DNA of 58,410 nucleotides, taken from a virus (lineage: Duplodnaviria; Caudoviricetes). The position numbers and the translations under genes are program-made. Numbering within the stretch: position 1 is the first letter of the stretch; each line of letters opens with the position of its first letter. The stretch spans positions 1-58,410 of IMG/VR virus record IMGVR_UViG_3300036790_000260; one strand, written 5' to 3'. Of this stretch, positions 36,281-45,587 are shown piece by piece. Under the pieces are notes generated by a model, which saw only the letters and a program-made list of their open reading frames with translations, was not told where the DNA came from and searched no databases.

Positions 36281-37318
36281 ATGACGTGGTTCAAGGTCGA
36301 CGACAAGCTGCACAGCCACGAGAAGGTCATGTACCTCGGCGACGAGGACTCCGACGCCATGGCGCTGTGGGTGATCGCCGGGAGCTGGTCGGCGGACCAG
36401 TTGACGGACGGGTGGGTGCCGCAGCCGGTCGCGCGCCGGCTCGATGTTCATTTCGAGCGTCGCGCGAAAGCATTGGTTCGTGTCGGGCTGTGGGATGTGG
36501 ATGTGCGCAACGGGGTGCCGGGGTGGGTGTTTCACGGCTGGAACGAGCCGGGCAGGCAGCCTACGCGGGAGCATATCGAGCAGGAGCGTACGGCTAAGTC
36601 CGCACGTCAGCAGCGGTGGCGTGAGAAGAACAGGGGGGTAGGGGGCCGCTTCGCCGTAGACGGTGATGTAGACGCGTCTACACAGCATCTTGTAGACGGT
36701 GATGTAGACGCGTCTCGAGACGGTGATGTAGACACCGCCCCGTCCCGACCCGGCCCGGCCGGGTTGGGACTTCCTACGGAAGTCCCAAATACATCTATGC
36801 ACGACGCGCAGCCCGGCCTGTTCCCGGTGATCGAAGCGCCCGCGCCGGAACTCGTACCCGACCCCATGGCGCGCTTCGCCGAGTTCTACAAGGCCTATCC
36901 GCGCCACGTCGCCCGAGGGCGCGCCGAGAAGGCGTGGACGGCGGCCGTGAAGCTCGCAAGCCCCGGCGTGATCATCGACGCGGCGCGGATGTTCGCGATG
37001 GAACGCAAGTTCAGCGACAAGAAACTGATCCCCTACCCGGCGACGTGGCTCAACGACCTCCGCTGGGAAGACGAGGCCGACCCCGAATTCGCCCCTCCCC
37101 TGCCCGCGCTGACCGTCGAGGGCGCCTCCACCCTCCCGGCGCTCCCCGCAGCGCCCCAGGCGCCCCACAGGGCGCTCAACGGCTACGCGCAGCGCCCGGC
37201 GACCTACGACCAGCGCGCCGCACAGGCCGACGCCGCACTCGCGAGCCTCAAAGCCCGCCACGGCATCGCGCCGAACACCCCGGCGGCCGACTTCGGCGAC
37301 ACCTTCCGGAGGATCTGA
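36281..37318 (+). CDS. Phage replication initiator (replisome organizer, lambda O-like)
   Basis: MTWFKVDD...LTDG; C-terminal FYKAYPR...IPYPATWLN..RWED; internal iterons. Confidence 0.82.
   Translation: MTWFKVDDKLHSHEKVMYLGDEDSDAMALWVIAGSWSADQLTDGWVPQPVARRLDVHFERRAKALVRVGLWDVDVRNGVPGWVFHGWNEPGRQPTREHIEQERTAKSARQQRWREKNRGVGGRFAVDGDVDASTQHLVDGDVDASRDGDVDTAPSRPGPAGLGLPTEVPNTSMHDAQPGLFPVIEAPAPELVPDPMARFAEFYKAYPRHVARGRAEKAWTAAVKLASPGVIIDAARMFAMERKFSDKKLIPYPATWLNDLRWEDEADPEFAPPLPALTVEGASTLPALPAAPQAPHRALNGYAQRPATYDQRAAQADAALASLKARHGIAPNTPAADFGDTFRRI
36656..36733. repeat. Iteron-like repeats, probable origin of replication
   Basis: GTAGACGGTGATGTAGACGCGTCT at 36656 and 36692; AGACGGTGATGTAGAC at 36718; palindrome GTAGACGCGTCTAC. 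Confidence 0.75.
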
Positions 37319-37320
37319 CG

Positions 37321-37893
37321 ATGATCACATTCGACCAGGTCGGGGAGCTCCTGAAAATCGCCGCCCGCTACGACAAGCGCACCATCGCCGAAGGAGACAT
37401 CGAGGCCTGGTTCGGCTCCCTGAACATGCGCCGCCTCGAATTCGAGCCGTGCGCCGAGGCGATCGTGCGCCACTACGCGTACGAGGACGCGTTCATCACC
37501 GTGGCCCGGATCGGCGACCTGGTGCGGCGCCCGGGAGCCAAGTCGGCCGCGCAGGCGCTCGCCGAGAACGACGCCGTCCTCGAGGCTCCGCTGCGCGCCC
37601 TGGAAGCGCCCCGGGAGCGGTACGAGGAGGCGCGGGAGGTCGTCAACGCCATCGCCCGGCCGCCGCGCGCCCCGGACGCGCCGTTCCGGCATGAGCGCGG
37701 GCATCCCGCAATGGCGGTGCGCTGCTCCTGGTGCCAGGCACGGCCCGGCAACTGGTGCTCCCAGATCGTGCGCCGGACGCCGACCGCGATCGTCGGGTTT
37801 CTGCATCCGTCGCGGGTCGAGGCGGTCGGGTTGAAGTTCACCCCGCAGCTGCCGCCGCGCGACGACCAGGACGCGGACCGGGGCGCGCGATGA
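37321..37893 (+). CDS. Putative helicase loader/inhibitor with C-terminal zinc finger
   Basis: Follows initiator; LL..AA.YD.R...D..AW; CSWCQA.PG..C...HPSR. Confidence 0.65.
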   Translation: MITFDQVGELLKIAARYDKRTIAEGDIEAWFGSLNMRRLEFEPCAEAIVRHYAYEDAFITVARIGDLVRRPGAKSAAQALAENDAVLEAPLRALEAPRERYEEAREVVNAIARPPRAPDAPFRHERGHPAMAVRCSWCQARPGNWCSQIVRRTPTAIVGFLHPSRVEAVGLKFTPQLPPRDDQDADRGAR

Positions 37894-37961
37894 CCGGCGC
37901 ATACCGGACCGGCGCCCCCGTCCCTACGCGAACCGGCACCCACCAACGACAGGACCAGACC

Positions 37962-38897
37962 ATGAAAAACAGCTTCGCCATTGAGAACGAGCGGCTCAGA
38001 GCCAAAATCAACGAGCTCACCGACCGTGTGATCGCGGAGTCGACCAACCGTGTCGACGCGGGCGACCTGAAGCGCGAGAACGCGGATCTGCGCAAGCGCC
38101 TCGCCGAAGCCCCGACGGGTGAGGCCGCGGTCGCGAAGCTCCGCGAGTGGAACGCCAGCGCAGGTTTCGGCAAGGAATGGATCACCGGGGATGCGTTCGT
38201 CGCGATGTCGACCGCGATGGCCAGCAAGATCATCGACGAGATCGGCGCACTCGAATCCAGCCGCGACCAAGCCGCAACCCGCGAACACGACCTGCTCGCC
38301 GAACGCGACGAAGCCCGCGAGACCGCCGCCACCCTGCTGCTCGGCATCGAGCTGCACGTCGGGTTCGCCGCGATCAAGACCCTGCGCGTCGGGGACCTGC
38401 CCGCCTGGGCGACCCCGTGGCTCAACGTGGCCGATGACGCCCGACAACTGCGCGCCATCGCCGGGCGCCCCCGCCAGGCCGACCTCGCGCCGGACACCGA
38501 GACCCCCGCTCCGAAGCGCGGCGTGACCCCGACGCCCCTGGTCCTGCTCGCCGAAATCCCCCGCGTGCTGGACGCGCCCGAGGCCTTCCGTGCCATCCCC
38601 GCCGGGACGGTCGTCTACCGCTACGACGGCCACACCTACGGCACGATCCGCGAACCCCACATCGCCGTCACCCTGGAACCGGGCGGCATGCCGCCCCGGG
38701 CCGTGCGCCGCGACGACGTCGCCGAGCTCACCCACCGCCAAGAGTTCGACGAGAACGGCCACGGGACCGGCCATGCCCTGTGCGACACCGGCGAGGGCCT
38801 CGCACCCCACCCCGGCGGCAAGCTCTCGGAACAGGCCGCGAACTGCCCGGCATGCCTCGGCTGGCCCGGCGACCAGCCCCGGACGGTGGCCTCGTGA
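37962..38897 (+). CDS. Hypothetical coiled-coil mosaic protein
   Basis: Long ORF with GC3 bias; start could be 37890. Confidence 0.6.
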   Translation: MKNSFAIENERLRAKINELTDRVIAESTNRVDAGDLKRENADLRKRLAEAPTGEAAVAKLREWNASAGFGKEWITGDAFVAMSTAMASKIIDEIGALESSRDQAATREHDLLAERDEARETAATLLLGIELHVGFAAIKTLRVGDLPAWATPWLNVADDARQLRAIAGRPRQADLAPDTETPAPKRGVTPTPLVLLAEIPRVLDAPEAFRAIPAGTVVYRYDGHTYGTIREPHIAVTLEPGGMPPRAVRRDDVAELTHRQEFDENGHGTGHALCDTGEGLAPHPGGKLSEQAANCPACLGWPGDQPRTVAS

Positions 38898-39145
38898 GCA
38901 CCCACTACCCCCCCGGCATGGACGGCTCGACCGTCATGCGCAACACCGCGGCCGCGCTCCAGGCGACCATCAACGACCTCGCCGCGGCCGACTGCACCGC
39001 CCGCGCCCTGGACGACGACATGCTCGAACTGCGGATCTCCGGGATGCACGCCCGCGTACTCCTGCGGCTCATGGCCGACTACGGGATCATCACCTTCCCC
39101 CGCATCCGGTCGACCCCCGACGAGCACGGAACGGCGCCCTCATGA
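38894..39145 (+). CDS. Hypothetical protein
   Basis: Coupled at both ends. Confidence 0.6.
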   Translation: MSTHYPPGMDGSTVMRNTAAALQATINDLAAADCTARALDDDMLELRISGMHARVLLRLMADYGIITFPRIRSTPDEHGTAPS

Positions 39146-39588
39146 CCGACTGGCGCGAAGAACTCCCCGACGGCCTCTCCGACGACCACCGACGCAACAT
39201 CACCGCCTGCGTCGACCTCGTCGGGCGCACCGGAGCACGCCGCTTCGAAATCGGCTACCTCAACGACGACCCACCCCAAGCCTGGTACGCCCACGCCCAG
39301 TTCCGCGGCGCCCGCATCCAAGTCGAGAACCACGACAGCTGCCCCGCCGCCGCCACAGCCCTCGCCGAGAAAATCCTCACCGGCGCGAAATGCCGCTGCG
39401 GCCGCCTCGTCGCCCTCCGCTCCGGCACCGCGTTCGCGTTCCCCGAGACACCGCTGGCCGACGGCACCACGTGGACCGCGGAACAGGCCGCGGCCGCCGG
39501 CCAATGCCGGTGGCGGCTGGTCGGCGAGCGGTGGGAGCCGTCGTGCCCGGAACCGGCCGACGCGGACCGCCCGAAGGTGCGCCGCTGA
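39142..39588 (+). CDS. Hypothetical protein
   Basis: DLVGRTGA..FEIGYL...WYAHAQF; coupled. Confidence 0.65.
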   Translation: MTDWREELPDGLSDDHRRNITACVDLVGRTGARRFEIGYLNDDPPQAWYAHAQFRGARIQVENHDSCPAAATALAEKILTGAKCRCGRLVALRSGTAFAFPETPLADGTTWTAEQAAAAGQCRWRLVGERWEPSCPEPADADRPKVRR

Positions 39589-39866
39589 TGACCGCCGAAG
39601 ACGCCCCTCTCGCGCCCTGCGGCGCCCCGGGCGTCACCGGCGCCCCCGAAACGCCGCCCACGCCGCCACAGCCCCCCGTGCGCCCCGCGACGGCCCCTGC
39701 GAACCCCGGTAGGTCGCGGCGCGGCGCACCGACCGACACCGAACGCGCCCTCGCCGACCGCATCGCCCGACACGCCACCGCCCTACGCGACGGCGCCGAC
39801 GACCAAGGACTCTCCATCACCGAGGCCGTCGCCCTGGCCGCCATCCAGATCGGAGACCCGTCATGA
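39588..39866 (+). CDS. Hypothetical Pro-rich protein
   Basis: Coupled at both ends. Confidence 0.5.
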   Translation: MTAEDAPLAPCGAPGVTGAPETPPTPPQPPVRPATAPANPGRSRRGAPTDTERALADRIARHATALRDGADDQGLSITEAVALAAIQIGDPS

Positions 39867-40879
39867 CCGACACGACCATCGCGCCCCCCGCACGCCGCGC
39901 CCTGACCGACGAACAACTCGCGACCGAAGCGATAGCCCGCTTCGGCGAAGACCCCCGCAACTGGGCGTTCCGCTGCCCGACCTGCGGCGACACCGCCACC
40001 AGCCTCGACTTCCCCCCACGCCACCGCTCCCGTGTCAGCGCGGAGTGCGTCGGCCGGTACGTCGAGAACCGCGGCTGCCGGCGCGAGGCCGCAGCCGGGC
40101 TCGTGCCGGGGCCGTGGCTCGTGGAGCTCGGCGACGGCACCATCGCCCCGTCCTTCCCCCTCGCCGACGCGCCCTTGTGGACACCACAGGACGCCCCGCA
40201 GCCCTCCGACGGCACGGGGGGACCGGAAACCGCCGAAAACCCGCCAGCGGCCCTCTCCGCGCCACCACGCACCCTCACGGTCGAACGCGGAAGCGCGCCC
40301 GAGGCCATCAGCCAACCCGACGGCGATTTCTCATTCGACCCCCAGCACTGGACCTACCGCGTCGCCCTCGACCCCGACCACTCGATCCTCGGCTACCTCG
40401 ACGCCGCCGACCAGCGCCTCTGCACCATCTTCGCCAACCTGACCATCCTGCGGTTCGGCGCGTTCCTGCCGCTGCCCGAAAAACTCCCCACCGTCCTCGA
40501 CCACATCGCCGAGCACGGGATGCTCATCACTCCCGAAGACCTCGCCGAAGCGATGCTCCTCATCGAGAACGCCGCCCACCTCGACGCCCCCGGATACCCC
40601 GGCTTCTGGAACGCGCTGCCGATCCCCACGATCCCCATCCCGTCGGCCGAATACCTCACCGGACCCCAAGGCGAGTACTGGACCGCCAAAGACGGCTGGG
40701 CCAACAACCACGTCTACGGCTGCAGCTGCCACCTTTCCGCACCATGCAGCCGATGCGAATCCCTCGACGTCTGCGAGCACTGCACACCCGAAGTCTCCGT
40801 CCCGGCCAACCACATGCCCGAGCACCTGGCCGAGATCCACCCCAACGCAACCGACGACACCCAGGACGCAGACGCATGA
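39863..40879 (+). CDS. Multi-domain hypothetical protein (VVA0879-like N-terminus, Cys-rich C-terminus)
   Basis: RFGEDP.NWAFRCPTCG...ECVGR; CSCH.SAPC..C. Confidence 0.65.
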   Translation: MTDTTIAPPARRALTDEQLATEAIARFGEDPRNWAFRCPTCGDTATSLDFPPRHRSRVSAECVGRYVENRGCRREAAAGLVPGPWLVELGDGTIAPSFPLADAPLWTPQDAPQPSDGTGGPETAENPPAALSAPPRTLTVERGSAPEAISQPDGDFSFDPQHWTYRVALDPDHSILGYLDAADQRLCTIFANLTILRFGAFLPLPEKLPTVLDHIAEHGMLITPEDLAEAMLLIENAAHLDAPGYPGFWNALPIPTIPIPSAEYLTGPQGEYWTAKDGWANNHVYGCSCHLSAPCSRCESLDVCEHCTPEVSVPANHMPEHLAEIHPNATDDTQDADA

Positions 40880-41253
40880 ACACCCCCATCCTCAACCCCT
40901 ACGAAGCCGTATCCGCCGCCCCCAACACCCCCGTCGCGCGCAACACCCCCGCCGAGAAGACCCGCGCCATGCTCGTCACCTGCGACCGCATAGGCGCCGC
41001 GAACCCGCTCCTGGACCCCACACGCGCCGCGGCCATAGCCCTCGTGCCGCTCGCGGCCCTCGGCTTCATCGACCCCTACCAGCCCCTCCCCGCCATCCCG
41101 AACGCAGGCGGCTCCGTCGTACGCCACCCCGGCGCGGCCACCCACGGCTCCCGCGCCGGCGCCGCATGGCACCGCGAGCAGCGCACGCCGCTGTGCGGGC
41201 CGTGCAGGACGTGGCTCGGCACCCACGACGCCACCGTCAAGGAAGGGGCCTGA
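40876..41253 (+). CDS. Hypothetical protein with C-terminal zinc-finger-like motif
   Basis: HGS.AG..WH......C..C. Confidence 0.55.
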   Translation: MNTPILNPYEAVSAAPNTPVARNTPAEKTRAMLVTCDRIGAANPLLDPTRAAAIALVPLAALGFIDPYQPLPAIPNAGGSVVRHPGAATHGSRAGAAWHREQRTPLCGPCRTWLGTHDATVKEGA

Positions 41254-41254
41254 C

Positions 41255-41902
41255 ATGCCCGGCGAGATCCCCATCCCGACGCGGATGCGGCACCTGCCGC
41301 AGGACAAGCACGGCCGCGTCGTCCCGTGGTTCGTCGCCTGGATCGACCGGACGCCCGACTTCCGCGTGGTCCGCGAAGACGGCATCGAGGACGCGCTCAG
41401 CTTCCAGAGCTGCTGGCTGTGCGGCCACCGCCTCGGCAAGTTCGTGTCCTTCGTCATCGGGCCCATGTGCGCGCTCAACCGCGTCAGCGCGGAGCCCGGC
41501 TCCCACGCGGAATGCGCCACCTACGCCGCCCGCGCCTGCCCGTTCCTCGCCAACCCCGACATGAAGCGGCGCGAGCGCAACAAGCCCGAGCACGTCGAGC
41601 CCGGCGGCGTCATGATCCTGCGCAATCCCGGCGTCGCCCTCGTGTGGACCTCCCGCACCTGGAAGCCGTTCCGCGTCCCCGGCGGCATTCTCATCGACGT
41701 CGGCCAGCCCGTCTCGGTCGCCTGGTACGCCCACGGCCGCGACGCGACGCGCGCCGAAGTGCTCGCCTCCATAGAGAGCGGCTTGCCCCTCCTGCGGCAG
41801 GAAGCCGCCAAGGACCCCCGGGCCCAGGAAGCACTGGCCGAACTCGACGAGCAGCACGCGCGCGCGCTCGAACTCGTGCCCGCAGCCGCGACGGAGGCGT
41901 GA
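41255..41902 (+). CDS. Cys-rich hypothetical protein
   Basis: VPWFV, CWLCG, IGPMCA.NR, H.ECA, CPFL. Confidence 0.7.
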   Translation: MPGEIPIPTRMRHLPQDKHGRVVPWFVAWIDRTPDFRVVREDGIEDALSFQSCWLCGHRLGKFVSFVIGPMCALNRVSAEPGSHAECATYAARACPFLANPDMKRRERNKPEHVEPGGVMILRNPGVALVWTSRTWKPFRVPGGILIDVGQPVSVAWYAHGRDATRAEVLASIESGLPLLRQEAAKDPRAQEALAELDEQHARALELVPAAATEA

Positions 41903-42195
41903 CCGTGGCCCACCTCACCGAACAAGACCGCGCCACCCTCGCCGAACGGTTCATCGACGTCCCCTGGTGCGTCTACGCCCAAGGCCTAGACCAGGTCTTC
42001 TACTGCGAACACGACGACACCTTCATCCGGCATTCACAAACATGCGCGGACCCCTTCGACGCCGACCGCGCCCTCGCGTTCGCCACGCAGCTCGCCGCCG
42101 ACGTCGCGGCCGCGCGCACCATCCACGGCGTCACCACCATCCCCGACATCACCGCATACGTCCTCTGGCACGGCATCATCTGGACACGACGATGA
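41899..42195 (+). CDS. Hypothetical protein
   Basis: Coupled ORF. Confidence 0.55.
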   Translation: MTVAHLTEQDRATLAERFIDVPWCVYAQGLDQVFYCEHDDTFIRHSQTCADPFDADRALAFATQLAADVAAARTIHGVTTIPDITAYVLWHGIIWTRR

Positions 42196-42446
42196 GCAGC
42201 CCCGCGCCCGATCCGCGTCACCGCGCCGTCGAGACCATCGAACGCGGCCTCATGGCCATGGCAGGCGAACCCCCCGCCTACCTCGCACGCGCCCTCGTCA
42301 CGCGCCTGGAAGCCGCCGGCCTCACCATCCGCGACGCCACCCCCCAACGCCCCTGGGGCCGCTGCGACTTCCACCAGCAACCCGAACCCTGCGACGGCTG
42401 CGCCGCCGACGCCAAAGCCGCACCCGACCCCGAGGAGGCGACATGA
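42192..42446 (+). CDS. Hypothetical protein
   Basis: Coupled; C..H...PC.GC.AD. Confidence 0.55.
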   Translation: MSSPAPDPRHRAVETIERGLMAMAGEPPAYLARALVTRLEAAGLTIRDATPQRPWGRCDFHQQPEPCDGCAADAKAAPDPEEAT

Positions 42447-43669
42447 GCGAACAGCAACTAGCACCCGGCGAATATCAAACACCTGCCCAATACGGCCTTA
42501 TCCGGAGCTCCCCCACCTGCGGACTCTATGACCACAACCTGACATCGCCGCGCCTCCTCGCACTCTGCTCCGGCTACGGCGGCCTCGAGATAGCCGCCGA
42601 GAACCTCCTCGGCACCGAAGTCGTCGCCCACGCCGAGAACAACCCCCACGCAGCCCAGGTCTTCGAAGCCCACCACCCGGGCGTCCCGAACCTCGGCGAC
42701 ATCACCAAAGCCGACTGGCGCAAAGTCCGGGACCACTTCGAGCCCGAGATCCTCACCGCCGGCTTCCCCTGCACCGACATCAGCAACGCCGGACTGAGGA
42801 TCGGAATCCATGGCAAGCGCTCCGGGATCTGGAAGAACGTCGCTGAAGCTATTTGCTTCACTCGACCGCGCCTCGTCCTGCTGGAGAACGTGGCGGCGAT
42901 CCGCTCCCGCGGGCTGGACGTCGTCGCCGCGGACCTGGCCGAGATCGGGTATGACGCAAGGTGGACATGCGTACGGGCTGGTGACCCCGAAGTCGGCGCG
43001 CCGCACAAGCGCGACCGCTGGCTCTGCGTCGCCCACCCCGCTCCTACCGACCCCGACGACCGCGGAGGGTACGGGTGGGCCCGGGACCTCGCCGAAGCGT
43101 GCCGGGGGAATGAACCTGCGCACGCTGGTGACGCTCCTACCGACGCCCAAGGCGTAGAACTCCTGCCGACGCCCGTGGTCGCCGACGCCCGTGGCACCCG
43201 GAACTTCACGTCGAACCGCCGCGAGGGTGCCGAGTTCAACTCCGGCAAGACGCTGACGGACGTCGCATGGCTGCTTTCGACGCCCAAGGCGTCTGACGTG
43301 CCGCACGGCGGTCCGAACCAGCGCGACGCGAACGGAAACTACTACCTGCCCGGTCAGGCCGTACGCCTCGACCAGGACTGGGTGGCGACGGACGGCGCCG
43401 ACTACGGTCCGGCGATCCGCCGCTGGGAGGCCGTCACCGGCCGCGCGGCACCGCTGCCCACGGAGGCCGGTACACGTGGGAACCGGCGCGTCGCGCCGGC
43501 ATTCGCCGAGTGGATGATGGGCCTCCCTTCGGGCCACGTCACGGGCCGCGGCATCGAGCGCCGGTTCGAGCTCCAGATGATCGGCAACGGCGTTGTCCCG
43601 CAGCAGGCCGAGTACGCGTACCGGGTGCTGCTCAACCCCGAACCGCCCGACCCTGACAGGGAGGACTAG
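42443..43669 (+). CDS. C5-cytosine DNA methyltransferase (solitary)
   Basis: LCSGYGG (I), AGFPC (IV), LENV (VI), PHKRDR (VIII), MIGNGV (X). Confidence 0.92.
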   Translation: MSEQQLAPGEYQTPAQYGLIRSSPTCGLYDHNLTSPRLLALCSGYGGLEIAAENLLGTEVVAHAENNPHAAQVFEAHHPGVPNLGDITKADWRKVRDHFEPEILTAGFPCTDISNAGLRIGIHGKRSGIWKNVAEAICFTRPRLVLLENVAAIRSRGLDVVAADLAEIGYDARWTCVRAGDPEVGAPHKRDRWLCVAHPAPTDPDDRGGYGWARDLAEACRGNEPAHAGDAPTDAQGVELLPTPVVADARGTRNFTSNRREGAEFNSGKTLTDVAWLLSTPKASDVPHGGPNQRDANGNYYLPGQAVRLDQDWVATDGADYGPAIRRWEAVTGRAAPLPTEAGTRGNRRVAPAFAEWMMGLPSGHVTGRGIERRFELQMIGNGVVPQQAEYAYRVLLNPEPPDPDRED

Positions 43670-43672
43670 ACC

Positions 43673-43975
43673 ATGACCCCCGAACGCCTCGCCGAGATCC
43701 GCGCGGCTGGCGACGGCAGCTTCCGCTACCCGGAACCCTCGACCGCCGACAACTGGCGCCGCGAACTCCTGGCCGAGATCGACCGGCTCAAAGCCGAACG
43801 CGAGCGCTACACCGACAGCCACACCGAGTGGGCAGTTCGCCTGTCCGCCGGCACACACGTGGACTGCCGCAGCGAGGACGAAGCCCGCGAAAAGGCCCGC
43901 ACCTGGCGTGTCACGCTCCGCTGCCGCGACGCCCTGTCCACCGACTGGCGCGACGTCGAGCCCACCGCGCCATGA
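43673..43975 (+). CDS. Hypothetical protein (Ead/Ea22-like)
   Basis: MTPERLAEI...LLAEIDRL; RBS GGAGG. Confidence 0.6.
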   Translation: MTPERLAEIRAAGDGSFRYPEPSTADNWRRELLAEIDRLKAERERYTDSHTEWAVRLSAGTHVDCRSEDEAREKARTWRVTLRCRDALSTDWRDVEPTAP

Positions 43976-44226
43976 CCGCGCCCTGGTTCCCCGACGCCGC
44001 CTGCGCGCCCGGCCGCATCCCCCCCGACGACGTCGAACTGTTCTTCCCCGACCGCGGCGGCGACACCCGACCCGCGAAACTCGTCTGCCACCGCTGCCCC
44101 GTCGCCACGCAATGCCTCACAGACGCCCTAGACCATGGCGCCGACCTCATCGGCGTCTACGGCGGCACCTCCCAACGCGAACGCCAAACCATCCTGCGCA
44201 ACCGACGAAACGGAACCACCCCATGA
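43972..44226 (+). CDS. whiB: WhiB-family Fe-S transcriptional regulator
   Basis: AAC...LFFP...AK.VCHRCPV..QC...GVYGG. Confidence 0.9.
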   Translation: MTAPWFPDAACAPGRIPPDDVELFFPDRGGDTRPAKLVCHRCPVATQCLTDALDHGADLIGVYGGTSQRERQTILRNRRNGTTP

Positions 44227-44474
44227 CCGCATGGACACGCTCCAGCCACTGTCCCAACAACGCCACCTGCGTCGAAGTACGCCACACCACCGCCTGCACC
44301 GACCTCGGCGAACTCCACCCCGACTGCGAGAACCAGTCCCACGCCAAGACCGACGTCGTGGCCGTGCGCGACAGCAAAGACCCAGGGCGGCAGCCCCTCG
44401 TGTTCACCCTTGAGGAGTGGGCCGCGTTCACTGCGGGCGTCAAGGCCGGCGAGTTCGACGAGGCCACCTCATGA
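44223..44474 (+). CDS. DUF397-family protein with insertion
   Basis: WTRSS.C....CVEV...VAVRDSKDP....L.F...EW.AF..GVK.GEFD. Confidence 0.88.
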   Translation: MTAWTRSSHCPNNATCVEVRHTTACTDLGELHPDCENQSHAKTDVVAVRDSKDPGRQPLVFTLEEWAAFTAGVKAGEFDEATS

Positions 44475-45085
44475 CCGAACCCTTCGGCATCCGGATCGGC
44501 CCCGACGGCACGATCGTCACCGGGCAGCCGCACGACGGCGGGGCAGCAGGACGCGTACGGGCGTACCTCGATGCCTGCGGCGGTATCGCCGACCCCACCC
44601 CCAACCTGCCGTGCCACCGCGCCGTTCATTTCGACGTTGACGAGACGACCATCTACGAACTGACCCGGGCCGACCTGCGCGAAGTCTTGCGGCAACTCGA
44701 CGACGCCCGCGCCGAGGCCGCGCGGCTCCACGCCCAGGTCGCCGAGCTGGAAGACGCAGTACCGGCACGGATCGCGGCCGAAATGGAACGCGACGAACTG
44801 AAGACGAAGCTCGAGAGCGCCCTGACCACTATCACGGCGCTCACCCAGACCATCCGCGCCTACCCCGACGCCGTCGCCCAGGACGCCGCGAACATCGCGC
44901 ACGCCCGAGCACAACGCGACGCGCACTACGCCGAAGTCGCCCGGCTCCGCGCCCAGCTCGAAGCCGTCCGAGACGCGGGCGCCGAATGGAACACGCTCGT
45001 GGCCGCAGGCGACGAGAAGCAACTCCCCGCAGCCCACGCCCTTCACCTTCTGCTACGCGCCATCGGCAGCGAGAGTGCCGCATGA
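44471..45085 (+). CDS. Hypothetical coiled-coil protein
   Basis: Coupled; heptad-rich. Confidence 0.6.
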   Translation: MTEPFGIRIGPDGTIVTGQPHDGGAAGRVRAYLDACGGIADPTPNLPCHRAVHFDVDETTIYELTRADLREVLRQLDDARAEAARLHAQVAELEDAVPARIAAEMERDELKTKLESALTTITALTQTIRAYPDAVAQDAANIAHARAQRDAHYAEVARLRAQLEAVRDAGAEWNTLVAAGDEKQLPAAHALHLLLRAIGSESAA

Positions 45086-45303
45086 GCGGCTACAAAATAT
45101 CCAAAACCGACATGAAAACCATCACCGAATGGGCCCGTCAACAAGGCTGCGACGTCGAACTCAGCCGAGGCCACTGGCGCGTCACCTACCAAGGGCGCCT
45201 CGTCGGCGCCATCGCATCCTCACCCGGCGACCCGCGCGCGATGCTGAACGCGAAATCGTTCCTACGCCGCAACCTCAACCGCCTGAAGGAGCAAGGACTC
45301 TGA
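45082..45303 (+). CDS. HicA-like small protein
   Basis: ARQQG..V....GHW.V.....SSPGD.RA..N....LRR. Confidence 0.6.
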   Translation: MSGYKISKTDMKTITEWARQQGCDVELSRGHWRVTYQGRLVGAIASSPGDPRAMLNAKSFLRRNLNRLKEQGL

Positions 45304-45304
45304 C

Positions 45305-45577
45305 ATGACCGTCACCCCGTACGCCATGCCAGGCGCCAAACCACCCAAACCACCACCCCCACCCACGCCATCCCTCACGCCGATCACCCTGCACCCCGAC
45401 CCCCTCCCCGGACCACCCGCACCCACCCGCCACCTCCCCCTCTACGGCGTCCAATACCTACGCCGCGAAGCCCTCCGACTCGCCATCCAGCGCCACCACG
45501 ACACCGGCGCCACCAACCAGGAAATCCTCGGCACCGCGCTACTCTTCGCCGAATACATCCGCAACGGCACCACGTAA
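45305..45577 (+). CDS. Hypothetical protein
   Basis: Pro-rich N-terminus; R.EALRLA...FAEYI..G. Confidence 0.55.
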   Translation: MTVTPYAMPGAKPPKPPPPPTPSLTPITLHPDPLPGPPAPTRHLPLYGVQYLRREALRLAIQRHHDTGATNQEILGTALLFAEYIRNGTT

Positions 45578-45587
45578 GGAACCTGAC

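Noticed and set aside
36656-36733. Possible mini CRISPR array
   Set aside because: Spacers are far too short and unequal, the repeats are in frame in a rep gene, and no cas genes are present.
42443-43669. Restriction-modification system (MTase with the PLD as nuclease)
   Set aside because: The genes are 20 kb apart in different transcription units; solitary MTases are common in actinophages.
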